A DNA stretch of 64,000 nt from a virus: the IMG/VR virus record IMGVR_UViG_3300025872_000001; one strand, 5' to 3'. Every line of letters starts with the position of its first letter. Within the stretch, counting starts at the first letter, position 1. The position numbers were made by a program, and so were the translations under genes. The notes below the pieces were generated by a model, which saw only the letters and a list, made by a program, of their open reading frames with translations, was not told the DNA's origin and did not search any database. Below are positions 24,694-33,805 of the stretch, in pieces.

Positions 24694-25242
24694 TCATTTT
24701 TTATTTATTATTTTTTTAAATCTTCTACTAGCTTGATTTTGCCCAATAACAATTTCATTAGTCTTGATATAGTCTATTTTACAATACGAAAGCGGAAGTT
24801 TATAGTAATTTATCTTCCAATTATTTACGATTTGCTGCAAAACTTTTTGATCCCATTTTTGGGGATTTTCATTATTTAGTTTTATCCACTCGTCTAATAA
24901 TTTAAAATTATTTTCAGTGGGCTTAAAAAATAATGTCCCAGACATTAACTCTTGGCGATAAAAACACAAACCAAGATCCTCATTGATTTGACAGAAAATG
25001 TCTGGAGATTTTTTTAAAACAGCATCTGCGTCAAGCCAAACCACCGGGGTATTTAACTGTTTAAGCTTTTCTTTTATTATATAGGCTTTATATTGACAGT
25101 TTTTTTCCCATGTGCCTTTATTTTCAAAAGGCACTAAATGTTCATCAGTAAATCCAAACTGTTTTAAAGAAATTCTTAAATTATTTATTTCTTTTTCGTA
25201 AGGAGTGTTTTTTGTATATCCGCTTACTATTTTGTAGTTCAC
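24694..25242 (-). CDS. nucleotide-diphospho-sugar transferase (GT-A)
   Basis: VVWLDADAV (DxD), SGTLFF, WDQ.VLQ, LP.SYC motifs. Confidence 0.8.
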   Translation of the reverse strand: MNYKIVSGYTKNTPYEKEINNLRISLKQFGFTDEHLVPFENKGTWEKNCQYKAYIIKEKLKQLNTPVVWLDADAVLKKSPDIFCQINEDLGLCFYRQELMSGTLFFKPTENNFKLLDEWIKLNNENPQKWDQKVLQQIVNNWKINYYKLPLSYCKIDYIKTNEIVIGQNQASRRFKKIINKK

Positions 25243-25271
25243 TATTTTTTTGATTCAGTAAATCTTCAACC

Positions 25272-25904
25272 TTAATCAGTTTCCCTTCGTGAAGTGTGTA
25301 ATGTTCCTTCGGTATCCTCTGTAGTAATTGAGTTAGATCCATATAAAGTTTTAGTTAAACGGTCAATTTCTTCTTGGTCAAGGGGAAAGCGTTGGCCCCC
25401 GCGATATTCCTTAACTTGAATATAGCTTGGGACTTTATTTATGGTTACGCAACGGAGAAACTCTACCTTGCGGCGATTCTCTCTAAGTGGCAAATTATCA
25501 AACAGATAAACAAACTCTGCTGGCTCCAAATTAATTGATGGAGATTGGATATGCTCGCGAGCATAAATGTCATCCAGCGCGAAATTAAATTCAAAAAGCG
25601 CATTCATCACCTTTGCATACTCATAAGTAGCAATAGTCAACATGCGAACCTCCCCGATCTCGCGCAGTTTAGCGAGAAACTCCTTTGCGCCGGGTCTCAG
25701 GGATGTTTTATACTCATTGTCTTCAACTGTCACTGGCACCGCACACTTGCATGGTGTTTCATGATAATCATAAGTGTGAATTAACGTCTCGTCTAAATCA
25801 ACGAATATGTATGGCTTCATGTCTTTATTCCTTAAATAAAAATGATAAATATTATATCCATCTCTCGGATCGATGTAGATGGTAGGATATTGTAACTGGG
25901 CCAT
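25272..25904 (-). CDS. HAD-superfamily phosphatase (FCP1/NIF-like)
   Basis: FVDLDETLIH (DxDxT), LRPGAKEFL. Confidence 0.75.
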   Translation of the reverse strand: MAQLQYPTIYIDPRDGYNIYHFYLRNKDMKPYIFVDLDETLIHTYDYHETPCKCAVPVTVEDNEYKTSLRPGAKEFLAKLREIGEVRMLTIATYEYAKVMNALFEFNFALDDIYAREHIQSPSINLEPAEFVYLFDNLPLRENRRKVEFLRCVTINKVPSYIQVKEYRGGQRFPLDQEEIDRLTKTLYGSNSITTEDTEGTLHTSRRETD

Positions 25905-25917
25905 CTACTAGTTTACA

Positions 25918-26109
25918 CTAGTAGCTTTCTATGCCGTTCCTTACAAATCTTAAAATTGAATATAGCGATTCTTTGTAATCTTTGCCAGCATTAGGATACA
26001 GGCAAGCTCCAAGTAAAAATACTACTGTCATTATAGCGGCTAAAACTAGACCAATGCAAGCCCTTACTGGCATAAAAAGATATCTAATTATATGCTGGGT
26101 CATGTCCAA
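25918..26109 (-). CDS. small membrane protein
   Basis: hydrophobic central helix. Confidence 0.5.
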   Translation of the reverse strand: MDMTQHIIRYLFMPVRACIGLVLAAIMTVVFLLGACLYPNAGKDYKESLYSILRFVRNGIESY

Positions 26110-26756
26110 AAATATTGTCTATACTTAGCTACCCATATGATCATTTCTTCATCAAGCTTTTCAATCTTTTTTATTTTTTTACTCCATGTGTCGCGCCTTT
26201 TCTCAAAAGGTAATTCGTAATTTTCGTTAAGCAGATCAGAAACTTCTTTCATCATTTCTTCTCTGGTTATGGTAACATAATGATAATATTTTTTTAAGTC
26301 TCTTTCGAATTGACCCCTCTTATTCCTTGCTTTAAGTTGAGATTCGAAATGCTCAAAATACTTTTCGCGCTCAACAAGCTCTTTTATAGTTTGGATATTA
26401 AAATTTATAATGATTTCTGGCAAGTCTTCGTAGCGAGAAGGAAACACAATGTTCCTCATCTCTGTTCTTGGGTTTTTGACATAATGTTTTAACTTCCACC
26501 AAAAATCATTGATTTTTGTTTTCAATACCCAATACTCCATAGCAATAAATTCTCTAAAGAAATATTGAACTGGGTAATTCTTTTTGATCTTATTATCAAA
26601 CGTTTCCCAATCTTCCATAGAAAGAGCGAATGGTTTAATGTAAGTCTCAGTTGGCCAATACCAAACCCTTTTTGTTTCTATTTTTATATCTTTCATATGT
26701 ATAAGCACCTCATTTTGCTGGCGAATCTTTCGACCATATCCCAAAAATTTATCCAT
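26100..26756 (-). CDS. hypothetical protein
   Basis: ORF in leftward operon; true start probably near 26696. Confidence 0.6.
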   Translation of the reverse strand: MDKFLGYGRKIRQQNEVLIHMKDIKIETKRVWYWPTETYIKPFALSMEDWETFDNKIKKNYPVQYFFREFIAMEYWVLKTKINDFWWKLKHYVKNPRTEMRNIVFPSRYEDLPEIIINFNIQTIKELVEREKYFEHFESQLKARNKRGQFERDLKKYYHYVTITREEMMKEVSDLLNENYELPFEKRRDTWSKKIKKIEKLDEEMIIWVAKYRQYFWT

Positions 26757-27274
26757 ATTTTATAATGCAAGAAACGATAGAATTTAGTATAAAAGAAATA
26801 TTTATTGATCCAACGCTTTTGTTCTTTTTCTATTTTTTCCTTCATTTCAGCATCGCGAGCTTTTCTTTCTGCATTGTCGGTCTTATCAAACTTAAACAGT
26901 TCAAGCTTTTGCAGTTTGCCGTCAGTGAATACCGCTTTAAATTCCACCCAGCAATCCCATTTATCTTGAACATTCATTAGAAATTCATAAAAATAAATCT
27001 CTCCGTGGAAATTTACTTTATCAAAATATGGACCTTTTCTTTCCATGAAGCCAATTCTATCCATAATGCTTTTTGCAGTAGGATCTCCAGCAATCCATTC
27101 TTCTGTCTTGTATTTTTCCTCAAACAGTTCGCCATTTTGAATGATGTAATGCGACATGGTGCAGTCCAAATCTTTTGTTTGGAATGACAAGTTGTTTTTA
27201 TCAATACCAAGGTCGATCATTTCCTGTGAGAAAGGAAGATCACCCGAAACAGAGATAGTGTCGAACATGCCCAT
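26693..27274 (-). CDS. conserved phage hypothetical protein
   Basis: MGMFD.I...FQTKDLDC...F.GEI.FY...EFKAVF.DGKL pattern. Confidence 0.7.
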   Translation of the reverse strand: MGMFDTISVSGDLPFSQEMIDLGIDKNNLSFQTKDLDCTMSHYIIQNGELFEEKYKTEEWIAGDPTAKSIMDRIGFMERKGPYFDKVNFHGEIYFYEFLMNVQDKWDCWVEFKAVFTDGKLQKLELFKFDKTDNAERKARDAEMKEKIEKEQKRWINKYFFYTKFYRFLHYKIWINFWDMVERFASKMRCLYI

Positions 27275-27275
27275 A

Positions 27276-27509
27276 TTATTTTTTGGTTAATTTGAATGTC
27301 CCGTCAGATTGGTCGGTCCAAATGATTTCGTCGCCAACCTTCCAACCTAAACCATCCATCAAGACTTGAGGAATCTCAATGAATTGATCGCCGTTGTCAA
27401 GAGTTTTTACTGGAACAGTAGCTTTTTTAGCAAAAATTTCATCCCAGTTTTTTTGGAATTCCTCTTGAGAGACTGAGAATGGTCTGGGCTTAGATCCTTT
27501 ACCGTTCAT
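27276..27509 (-). CDS. AbrB/MazE-like DNA-binding protein
   Basis: IEIP..LMD.LGWKVGDEI.W swapped-hairpin motif. Confidence 0.6.
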   Translation of the reverse strand: MNGKGSKPRPFSVSQEEFQKNWDEIFAKKATVPVKTLDNGDQFIEIPQVLMDGLGWKVGDEIIWTDQSDGTFKLTKK

Positions 27510-27511
27510 GC

Positions 27512-27712
27512 TTAATTGTAATTCTTATAATCTGGAGAATCAAAAGATTTTTCTAGAAATTCCATCAAGCCATCGCTGAATTTATTGTCTGCCGTTACGG
27601 AATCAAACCAAATATCTCGTCTTTGCAGTTCTTCAAAGACTCTATTGTGGATCGCCTCAAGGTCTTCCATGTAAACTTCGCGGCTGACTTTTAATTTCTT
27701 TTTGGATTTCAT
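27512..27712 (-). CDS. hypothetical protein, paralogue of 7730-7945
   Basis: shared motifs. Confidence 0.7.
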   Translation of the reverse strand: MKSKKKLKVSREVYMEDLEAIHNRVFEELQRRDIWFDSVTADNKFSDGLMEFLEKSFDSPDYKNYN

Positions 27713-28398
27713 GTTACGGTTACTATAGAGAATTTTTTGTCTTTGTCAACATCAATTACCAAAGGTTTATTGGCTGGCATATACGATTCGTCGAGAAGAG
27801 AAGCATTTGCGTAAATTGTTTTTGGCATAACAAAACTACTTCCACCAGAAAAGTGGATATGTCCAAATACATGAAGTTTTGGTTGGACTCTTAAAGTAGC
27901 CTCAAATAAATCGACGCAGCCAACATGTTTATAGAAACCTTTTGCTTGAGGAGCGACATCGCACATTTTATGCGGTGGACCATGAGTGATAAGAACATCA
28001 GTTCCTTTAGGGATCATGTCCCAGTGCTTTTTAATTGGTTCGCCACGATCACGATTAAAAGCCCAATTAAAAAAAGTGGGCTGCACAGGACTACCCCAAA
28101 ACTTCAAACCCTCCAGTTCAATTCCAGAATCTTGAAGATAGTGAACTCCGTCAGGCATAGTCCTCAAAAAAGAATCTATGTCAGAAGGGTTGCCTTGTTC
28201 AAAATAAAGATCGTGATTACCAGCAATGAAAATTTTATGCTTGTGCGGGTGCGTGCCAAACCAATTGACGAATTTTAATGCATCAATGTATTGGCCATGA
28301 GAACAGAAATCTCCGCAATGGATTAAAACATCTCCATCTGGAACTTGTACCCCAAGATGAGAGCCATGTGTGTCTGACATTACGACTAATCTAGTCAT
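27709..28398 (-). CDS. metallophosphoesterase
   Basis: SDTH, HCGD, AGNHD, THGPP, FGHIH motifs. Confidence 0.92.
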   Translation of the reverse strand: MTRLVVMSDTHGSHLGVQVPDGDVLIHCGDFCSHGQYIDALKFVNWFGTHPHKHKIFIAGNHDLYFEQGNPSDIDSFLRTMPDGVHYLQDSGIELEGLKFWGSPVQPTFFNWAFNRDRGEPIKKHWDMIPKGTDVLITHGPPHKMCDVAPQAKGFYKHVGCVDLFEATLRVQPKLHVFGHIHFSGGSSFVMPKTIYANASLLDESYMPANKPLVIDVDKDKKFSIVTVT

Positions 28399-28463
28399 AA
28401 ATATTATTTTACTTAATTTTTTTCATTTGTCAATAGGTTTTGAGAAAAGTGTAAAAGATTTAG

Positions 28464-28826
28464 ATGGAAAAAGAATTTAATGCATTCATTTCTGAGAACT
28501 CAGTGCTTCTTGTCGCTGGCGTAGCCTCTTTGCTTTTTAAAGAATTTATAATCAATATTGTCAAGAGTCTTATTTTTAGAATGACTTCTGGCTTAAAAGA
28601 GGATGATGTTCTTATCTTCTGGGACGGTTCTAAAAACCCAGCGAGAATTGTTCGGATTGGTTGGATGTCAACAACTTTGTTTCTTTACGATGTAAATGAG
28701 CAAGGTATAGTAACTGGCGGACACAGAATAACTATGCAAAATGTTAAACTTGAGAATGTTAAGTTGTTGAAGAGATTGTCTATGATTGATGAAGCTGACT
28801 TGAAAATGTTTAAAAAGGACAAATAA
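28464..28826 (+). CDS. membrane protein, MscS beta-domain-like
   Basis: N-terminal TM then GLKEDDVL...ARIVRIGWMSTTL; GTGTAA upstream. Confidence 0.45.
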   Translation: MEKEFNAFISENSVLLVAGVASLLFKEFIINIVKSLIFRMTSGLKEDDVLIFWDGSKNPARIVRIGWMSTTLFLYDVNEQGIVTGGHRITMQNVKLENVKLLKRLSMIDEADLKMFKKDK

Positions 28827-28835
28827 TAATTTGTC

Positions 28836-29657
28836 ATGGCTTACGTTTCGTACAATAACATCAGGGCTTTTCTTTCTGCTGGCGATTCACAAAGTTTATC
28901 GACAGGATCATATGATATTTTGTATGCATTAAATTTTAATGCCAGCAACACAACTCAATTAAAAAGGATTAAAAGAATTGGTCAAGAGCTTGATTATTAT
29001 ATTCAAACAGGTCCAAAAAGCGCATCAATTTCAACTTCGGTTATACCCGTCACTGGCGCTGACTTTAATCAGTTTACTGGATTTTTAGCTTTAACTGGAG
29101 ATTTTACAAGCGGTTCGTATATTCAAGTTCCTAATTACAGATTTGATAAATGTTTCTTAAAATCATTTGGGTTTTCTATGGAGCCTTGGAAACCAATTGC
29201 GGTAGAAATGCAATTTGATTCTTATGGGTTAGCTACTGGAGACGGAATTAATTCTTATGCTGGACAAGACTTTCCAACTGGCGCTCAAACAGGAATTGTT
29301 TCTCCGTTAAGAGGAATGAGTGTTACTCTTTCTGCTCCAAATTTTACTCAAACAATAAATCAATACGAAAATTTAAATTTTAACGTTGAAGTTGATCGTG
29401 CTCCAAATTTTGAAATAGGTGGAACTTATCCTGCTAAAGTGAGTGTTTCTAAAATTACAAAATCATTGCAAATTAACGGTATATCCAACATTGATTGGCT
29501 TTCTGACTATCAACCTAACACTACTGTCTCTGTGACAGTAGGAATGCCAGACGGCAACTCGTTTTCAGTTGCTGGAGTACTGAGTTCACAAAGTTTCTCA
29601 GTAGATGGCAATGGCGTAGCAAAAGGAGGGCTACAGATAGTCGAAGAGATGGTGTAA
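28836..29657 (+). CDS. putative virion structural protein (tail-tube-like)
   Basis: beta-rich, S/T/G-rich composition; in late module. Confidence 0.5.
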   Translation: MAYVSYNNIRAFLSAGDSQSLSTGSYDILYALNFNASNTTQLKRIKRIGQELDYYIQTGPKSASISTSVIPVTGADFNQFTGFLALTGDFTSGSYIQVPNYRFDKCFLKSFGFSMEPWKPIAVEMQFDSYGLATGDGINSYAGQDFPTGAQTGIVSPLRGMSVTLSAPNFTQTINQYENLNFNVEVDRAPNFEIGGTYPAKVSVSKITKSLQINGISNIDWLSDYQPNTTVSVTVGMPDGNSFSVAGVLSSQSFSVDGNGVAKGGLQIVEEMV

Positions 29658-29661
29658 CTTT

Positions 29662-30432
29662 ATGGCAAAAAAGCCCAAGAAAACAAAATCGGCATCTACG
29701 GAAGTAATTATTCCGCAGATGAAAACAGAAATAAAATTCAAAGAACGCAAATTCAAATTCACTGAGAAACAACAACAACTATTAAAAATACTTTTAGGAG
29801 ACGAGACCAAAATAGTCTTTATCGCTGGACCAGCGGGGACTTCAAAGACTTTTATGGCAGTCTATGCAGCCCTTAACCTTATCAACCACAATGAAAAAGA
29901 TATTATCTATATTAGAACCATCGCTGAAAGCGGTGAAAAATCTCTTGGTTCGCTGCCAGGAACAGTTGGCGAAAAGTTTCAGCCATATCTGCTCCCTCTT
30001 GAAGACAAAATTCAAGAAATAATCGAACCAACTGATGTACATCGTTTAAAAGATGACGGAAGAATTTCTGCAACTCCCATTAACTTCTTAAGGGGCAGCA
30101 CTTTAACAGATAAAATCGTAATCGCAGATGAAGTGCAAAATTTTACCTTCAAAGAAATCACAACCCTACTTACTAGAGTCGGGGATGGGAGTAAAATTTT
30201 CTTATGCGGAGACTTTATGCAGTCAGACATCAAAGGTAAAAATGGATTTATCGACTTTTACGATCTATTTTCAGACGAGGATTCCGCGCAACATGGCATC
30301 TTCTCGTTTGAGTTTACAGAAGAAGATATAAAAAGAAGCGAAATTCTAAAATTCATTGTAAAGAAGATTAGAAATATTAATAATCATGAAGAGACAAGAA
30401 GAAAAGCTGTCCCTTTTGAGCAGTTGGGCTAA
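29662..30432 (+). CDS. phoH: PhoH-family ATPase
   Basis: GPAGTSKT, LGSLPG...EK..PY, FLRGSTL, ADEVQN, TRVG..SK...GD..QSD. Confidence 0.93.
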   Translation: MAKKPKKTKSASTEVIIPQMKTEIKFKERKFKFTEKQQQLLKILLGDETKIVFIAGPAGTSKTFMAVYAALNLINHNEKDIIYIRTIAESGEKSLGSLPGTVGEKFQPYLLPLEDKIQEIIEPTDVHRLKDDGRISATPINFLRGSTLTDKIVIADEVQNFTFKEITTLLTRVGDGSKIFLCGDFMQSDIKGKNGFIDFYDLFSDEDSAQHGIFSFEFTEEDIKRSEILKFIVKKIRNINNHEETRRKAVPFEQLG

Positions 30433-30730
30433 TTTAATTAAAATTATGGGCGGCATGGCTATTGCCGCCCTTTTATTTTATTTGAACGCGACCTATGTAA
30501 AAAGAGACGATTTCTTACCAGTAGCTAAAGAGATTACTATTCAAGCAGAGCAGCTTTCTTATGTCAATGCAGAGGTTAAGAGCATATCGCGTCGCTTGTC
30601 AAAGATTGTAGATGACGAGGGCAAGCCAGTAAATACTGATAAGATGGTTGAAATTCAAAGAGATATAGCTACAATATTGGTAAAGCTAGAAAATCTCAGC
30701 GATAAACTTAACAAATTAGAAAAAGAGTAA
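30386..30730 (+). CDS. membrane-anchored coiled-coil protein
   Basis: single TM plus coiled coil. Confidence 0.55.
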   Translation: MKRQEEKLSLLSSWANLIKIMGGMAIAALLFYLNATYVKRDDFLPVAKEITIQAEQLSYVNAEVKSISRRLSKIVDDEGKPVNTDKMVEIQRDIATILVKLENLSDKLNKLEKE

Positions 30731-30733
30731 TAT

Positions 30734-31105
30734 ATGGCAAGCGTTTTCTGTACAAATTGTGGAGGCAAGCATGAATATGTTGGATTTGCCCCAAACTTTT
30801 GTTCAAAATGTGGAAGTCCCATGAACGGGAAGGTTTCGACTCAATTACAGAAAAAGCCAGTTAGAACTGCAAGTTCTGAAGATATAGAGGATGAATCAGA
30901 AGACAACACAAGTGTCGACGAACTTCCCGATATCGATAAGCTTGATGTAGAAATCGAAATGGAAGGGGGCTTTAGGGCTTTTAATTTAGAAGATTTATCG
31001 CGTAACCCTCAAGCTGGAGCAAGGAAATTCGCTCCAAAAAGAGTTGGTGGGATAGACAGCTTGTCCCCCACCAAATATGGAAGCACAAAGGCGCGAGAAG
31101 ATTAA
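30734..31105 (+). CDS. zinc-ribbon protein
   Basis: FCTNCG...NFCSKCG; acidic tail. Confidence 0.7.
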   Translation: MASVFCTNCGGKHEYVGFAPNFCSKCGSPMNGKVSTQLQKKPVRTASSEDIEDESEDNTSVDELPDIDKLDVEIEMEGGFRAFNLEDLSRNPQAGARKFAPKRVGGIDSLSPTKYGSTKARED

Positions 31106-31787
31106 ATACGAAGACAAGCAAGAAGTTATCGATAGGATTATAGAAAAGCACAGATATATCTGGCAGCTTAAAGCTATTGCTTGGATGGATTATGAGGATG
31201 TTGCTCAAATCATTCGTTTTCACATTTCAAAAAAATGGAAAATGTGGAAGCAAGATCGCCCACTTGAACCTTGGATTGCGCGTATTACCGTAAACCAGAT
31301 CAAGAATCTTCTGCGCAATAATTACTCTAATTATGTTCGCCCTTGTTTATCTTGTAAGTTCAGCATGGGCAACGAACCTCCAGCTTGTTCAATAACTCCA
31401 AGCGGAAAACAATGTGGCGAATGCCCCTTGTATAGAAAATGGGAAAAGACAAAAAAGTGTGCATATGATGTGAAGCTTTCTGTCTCTATAGAAAATCATT
31501 CAGAGTCTGTACAGGGGATGAAAGATTTAAACTTTGATGTTTTATCAAGCGCACAGAGACTTCACGAAGAAATGAAACATCGTTTGGCGCCCAAACAATA
31601 TAAAGTTTATTCAAGGCTTTATATCGATGGCGCAGATGAGGAAAAAGTTGCAATGGAAATGGGATACAAAACGAATGAAAAGGGTAAGAAAGCTGGCTAT
31701 AAACAAATTAAAAATCTTAAAAAGTTATTTAAACAGATAGCGACTAAAATCTTACAAGACGAGGATATTTTAGGTGGCCAACAATAA
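31077..31787 (+). CDS. ECF-like RNA polymerase sigma factor with Cys-rich insertion
   Basis: region 2-like DYEDVAQ...LEPWIARITVNQIKNLLR; region 4-like L.PKQYKVY...EEKVAMEMG; CLSC...C...CGEC between them. Confidence 0.65.
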   Translation: MEAQRREKIKYEDKQEVIDRIIEKHRYIWQLKAIAWMDYEDVAQIIRFHISKKWKMWKQDRPLEPWIARITVNQIKNLLRNNYSNYVRPCLSCKFSMGNEPPACSITPSGKQCGECPLYRKWEKTKKCAYDVKLSVSIENHSESVQGMKDLNFDVLSSAQRLHEEMKHRLAPKQYKVYSRLYIDGADEEKVAMEMGYKTNEKGKKAGYKQIKNLKKLFKQIATKILQDEDILGGQQ

Positions 31788-32838
31788 AATAAGTTTCAGT
31801 GACGAAGACAAAAAGAGGATTATGGAAATCGCCAAGGAGTTTCCAGATCTAAATACTATTACGCGCAAATTTTTTAACGATGAAAATCTTGACGGCAGAA
31901 CAAAGCAAGGAATTGCGATCAGATCTTTGCTTGCCTCTAATAAAATACAATACAAAACATCTAAGTACGAAAAAGTTGGCGAACTCCCTCTCACTCCAGA
32001 ACAAGAACAGTTCATTGAGGATCAGGCTGCTAACGGAATCTCGGCACTAAGAATTGCAGAGCTTCTTTATCCAGACCGCCCAATCTCTGCAATGGGATTG
32101 GAACACAGAACTGTTGCCGCTCATATCAGAAATTCTGGTTGTGAAAATAATGCCGTATCTGATGATGCGATGTTTGTAAAATACCAAACACCCCGATCAT
32201 TAGAGAGAGTAATTAATAGAATTAATGAAGCCACGGGAGAGAAAATAGATAAAGATAGGCTCACCAGACACCATAAAGTATGCGCTGAGAAACTCGCCAT
32301 CAATTTGTCTAACTCAAGATTTCAAAAAATTATTAATTGTTATACATCACAAGATGATAGGAATATATTTGAGCAAGAATTTATCCGCATGACATGGGAC
32401 AAGCCTGATTTGACCGCTGATGAGGTTAATTTGTACATGAACGTTTGCAAAGAAATCATTAATTTAGAAACCACTTCAAGGCATTTAGATAAGTTGAATA
32501 AAATGTTTGAGGAAACTCAAGAACAGAATGAAATGAGCATTCGTTTGGCCGAAATCATCAAGGCTAAAAGCAGCGAGTATCACCAATGCGAAGGCAGAGT
32601 GGAAAGTTTAATTAAAAAATTGCAAGGCGATAGGCGCGAAAGAATTTCATCTAGGCAAAAAGAAAACGCCTCTATTCTTTCTATTGTCCAACTCTTTCAA
32701 GACGAAGAAGAGCGCGCTAATATGATTAAAATTGCAGAGATGCAAAAGTCACTTGTCACTGAAGAAGGTAAAAAAATGGAAACTATGGTGGAGTGGAAGG
32801 CTCGTATATTAGGAATATCATTAGAAGATGCAGTCTGA
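31774..32838 (+). CDS. hypothetical helical protein in packaging module (small-terminase candidate)
   Basis: HTH-like N-terminal part plus coiled coils; lies before the terminase. Confidence 0.45.
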   Translation: MANNKISFSDEDKKRIMEIAKEFPDLNTITRKFFNDENLDGRTKQGIAIRSLLASNKIQYKTSKYEKVGELPLTPEQEQFIEDQAANGISALRIAELLYPDRPISAMGLEHRTVAAHIRNSGCENNAVSDDAMFVKYQTPRSLERVINRINEATGEKIDKDRLTRHHKVCAEKLAINLSNSRFQKIINCYTSQDDRNIFEQEFIRMTWDKPDLTADEVNLYMNVCKEIINLETTSRHLDKLNKMFEETQEQNEMSIRLAEIIKAKSSEYHQCEGRVESLIKKLQGDRRERISSRQKENASILSIVQLFQDEEERANMIKIAEMQKSLVTEEGKKMETMVEWKARILGISLEDAV

Positions 32839-33805
32839 CAATTCCAACTGTTGCAAAATATGCCACAGTTCCTTTCCTTCCGAAAGGAGCCTACATGCGC
32901 ATTTAAAAAAGCACAAGATTGGTCTTGATGAGTATTATCTTGCACATTATCCTAGAAAAAACCTGCTAACAGGCACTTATTTGCAATTTAAGGACAAGGA
33001 GTCTTATTTTGAAAAGGACTTTGAAAACAGAAATCAGCTTTTGAGATGGTGTGAGATAGAATCGCCAGAAACTGTTAAAGCTCAAATTAAAAAAATGCTG
33101 GCTTATAGAATAAAAAGCAAAGATTTAAAATATGCGCCATGTCATTTAGAGTTGGAAACTAGTGAAATGCCGACAGTTGATTTGTACAAGAAACATTTTG
33201 GGTCTTATTCTAATGTTTGTGCAGAAATAGGAATTGAGCCTATGTTTAAAAAGAGTTTGCCCAAAAAGTTTTACGAAGATTATTCTAATATTAATATATT
33301 TGTTGATACCAGAGAACAGCAGCCTTTAAGCTTTAAAAGCGAAAAGAAAGTAAAGTTAGATTTTGGCGATTATACCGCTAGCGGTTCAAATTATACAAAA
33401 ACATTCGTAGATAGAAAGTCAGAATCTGATTTTAAAGGTACATTAGTTGGTGAAAATCTGGATAGATTTAGGCGTGAACTGCAAAGATGCAAAGATATGG
33501 AATGTTATTTATTTATTGTGGTAGAATCTACTTTAGAACGTATAAGTAGTAACAACGACTTTACTCCTCATAAGGCGAATTTAAAATTTATATATCATAA
33601 TATGAGATTATTGCAGCATGAGTTTGCAAAAAGCTGCCAATTTATATTTTCGGGTAACAGAACCAATAGTGAAATTATTATTCCAAAGCTAACTGCCATT
33701 GGTAGCGCACTTTGGGATGTAGACGTTCAATATTTTATAGACAAGAACTCATCATGGCTTGGATCGAAGGAAACCAAAAAAGAAAAAGCTTATTCCGTAA
33801 CGTAA
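32828..33805 (+). CDS. C2H2 zinc finger plus ERCC4/XPF-type nuclease
   Basis: CKIC...LHAHLKKH; VDTREQ, GDY, VDRKSESD, IVVE motifs. Confidence 0.75.
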   Translation: MQSDNSNCCKICHSSFPSERSLHAHLKKHKIGLDEYYLAHYPRKNLLTGTYLQFKDKESYFEKDFENRNQLLRWCEIESPETVKAQIKKMLAYRIKSKDLKYAPCHLELETSEMPTVDLYKKHFGSYSNVCAEIGIEPMFKKSLPKKFYEDYSNINIFVDTREQQPLSFKSEKKVKLDFGDYTASGSNYTKTFVDRKSESDFKGTLVGENLDRFRRELQRCKDMECYLFIVVESTLERISSNNDFTPHKANLKFIYHNMRLLQHEFAKSCQFIFSGNRTNSEIIIPKLTAIGSALWDVDVQYFIDKNSSWLGSKETKKEKAYSVT

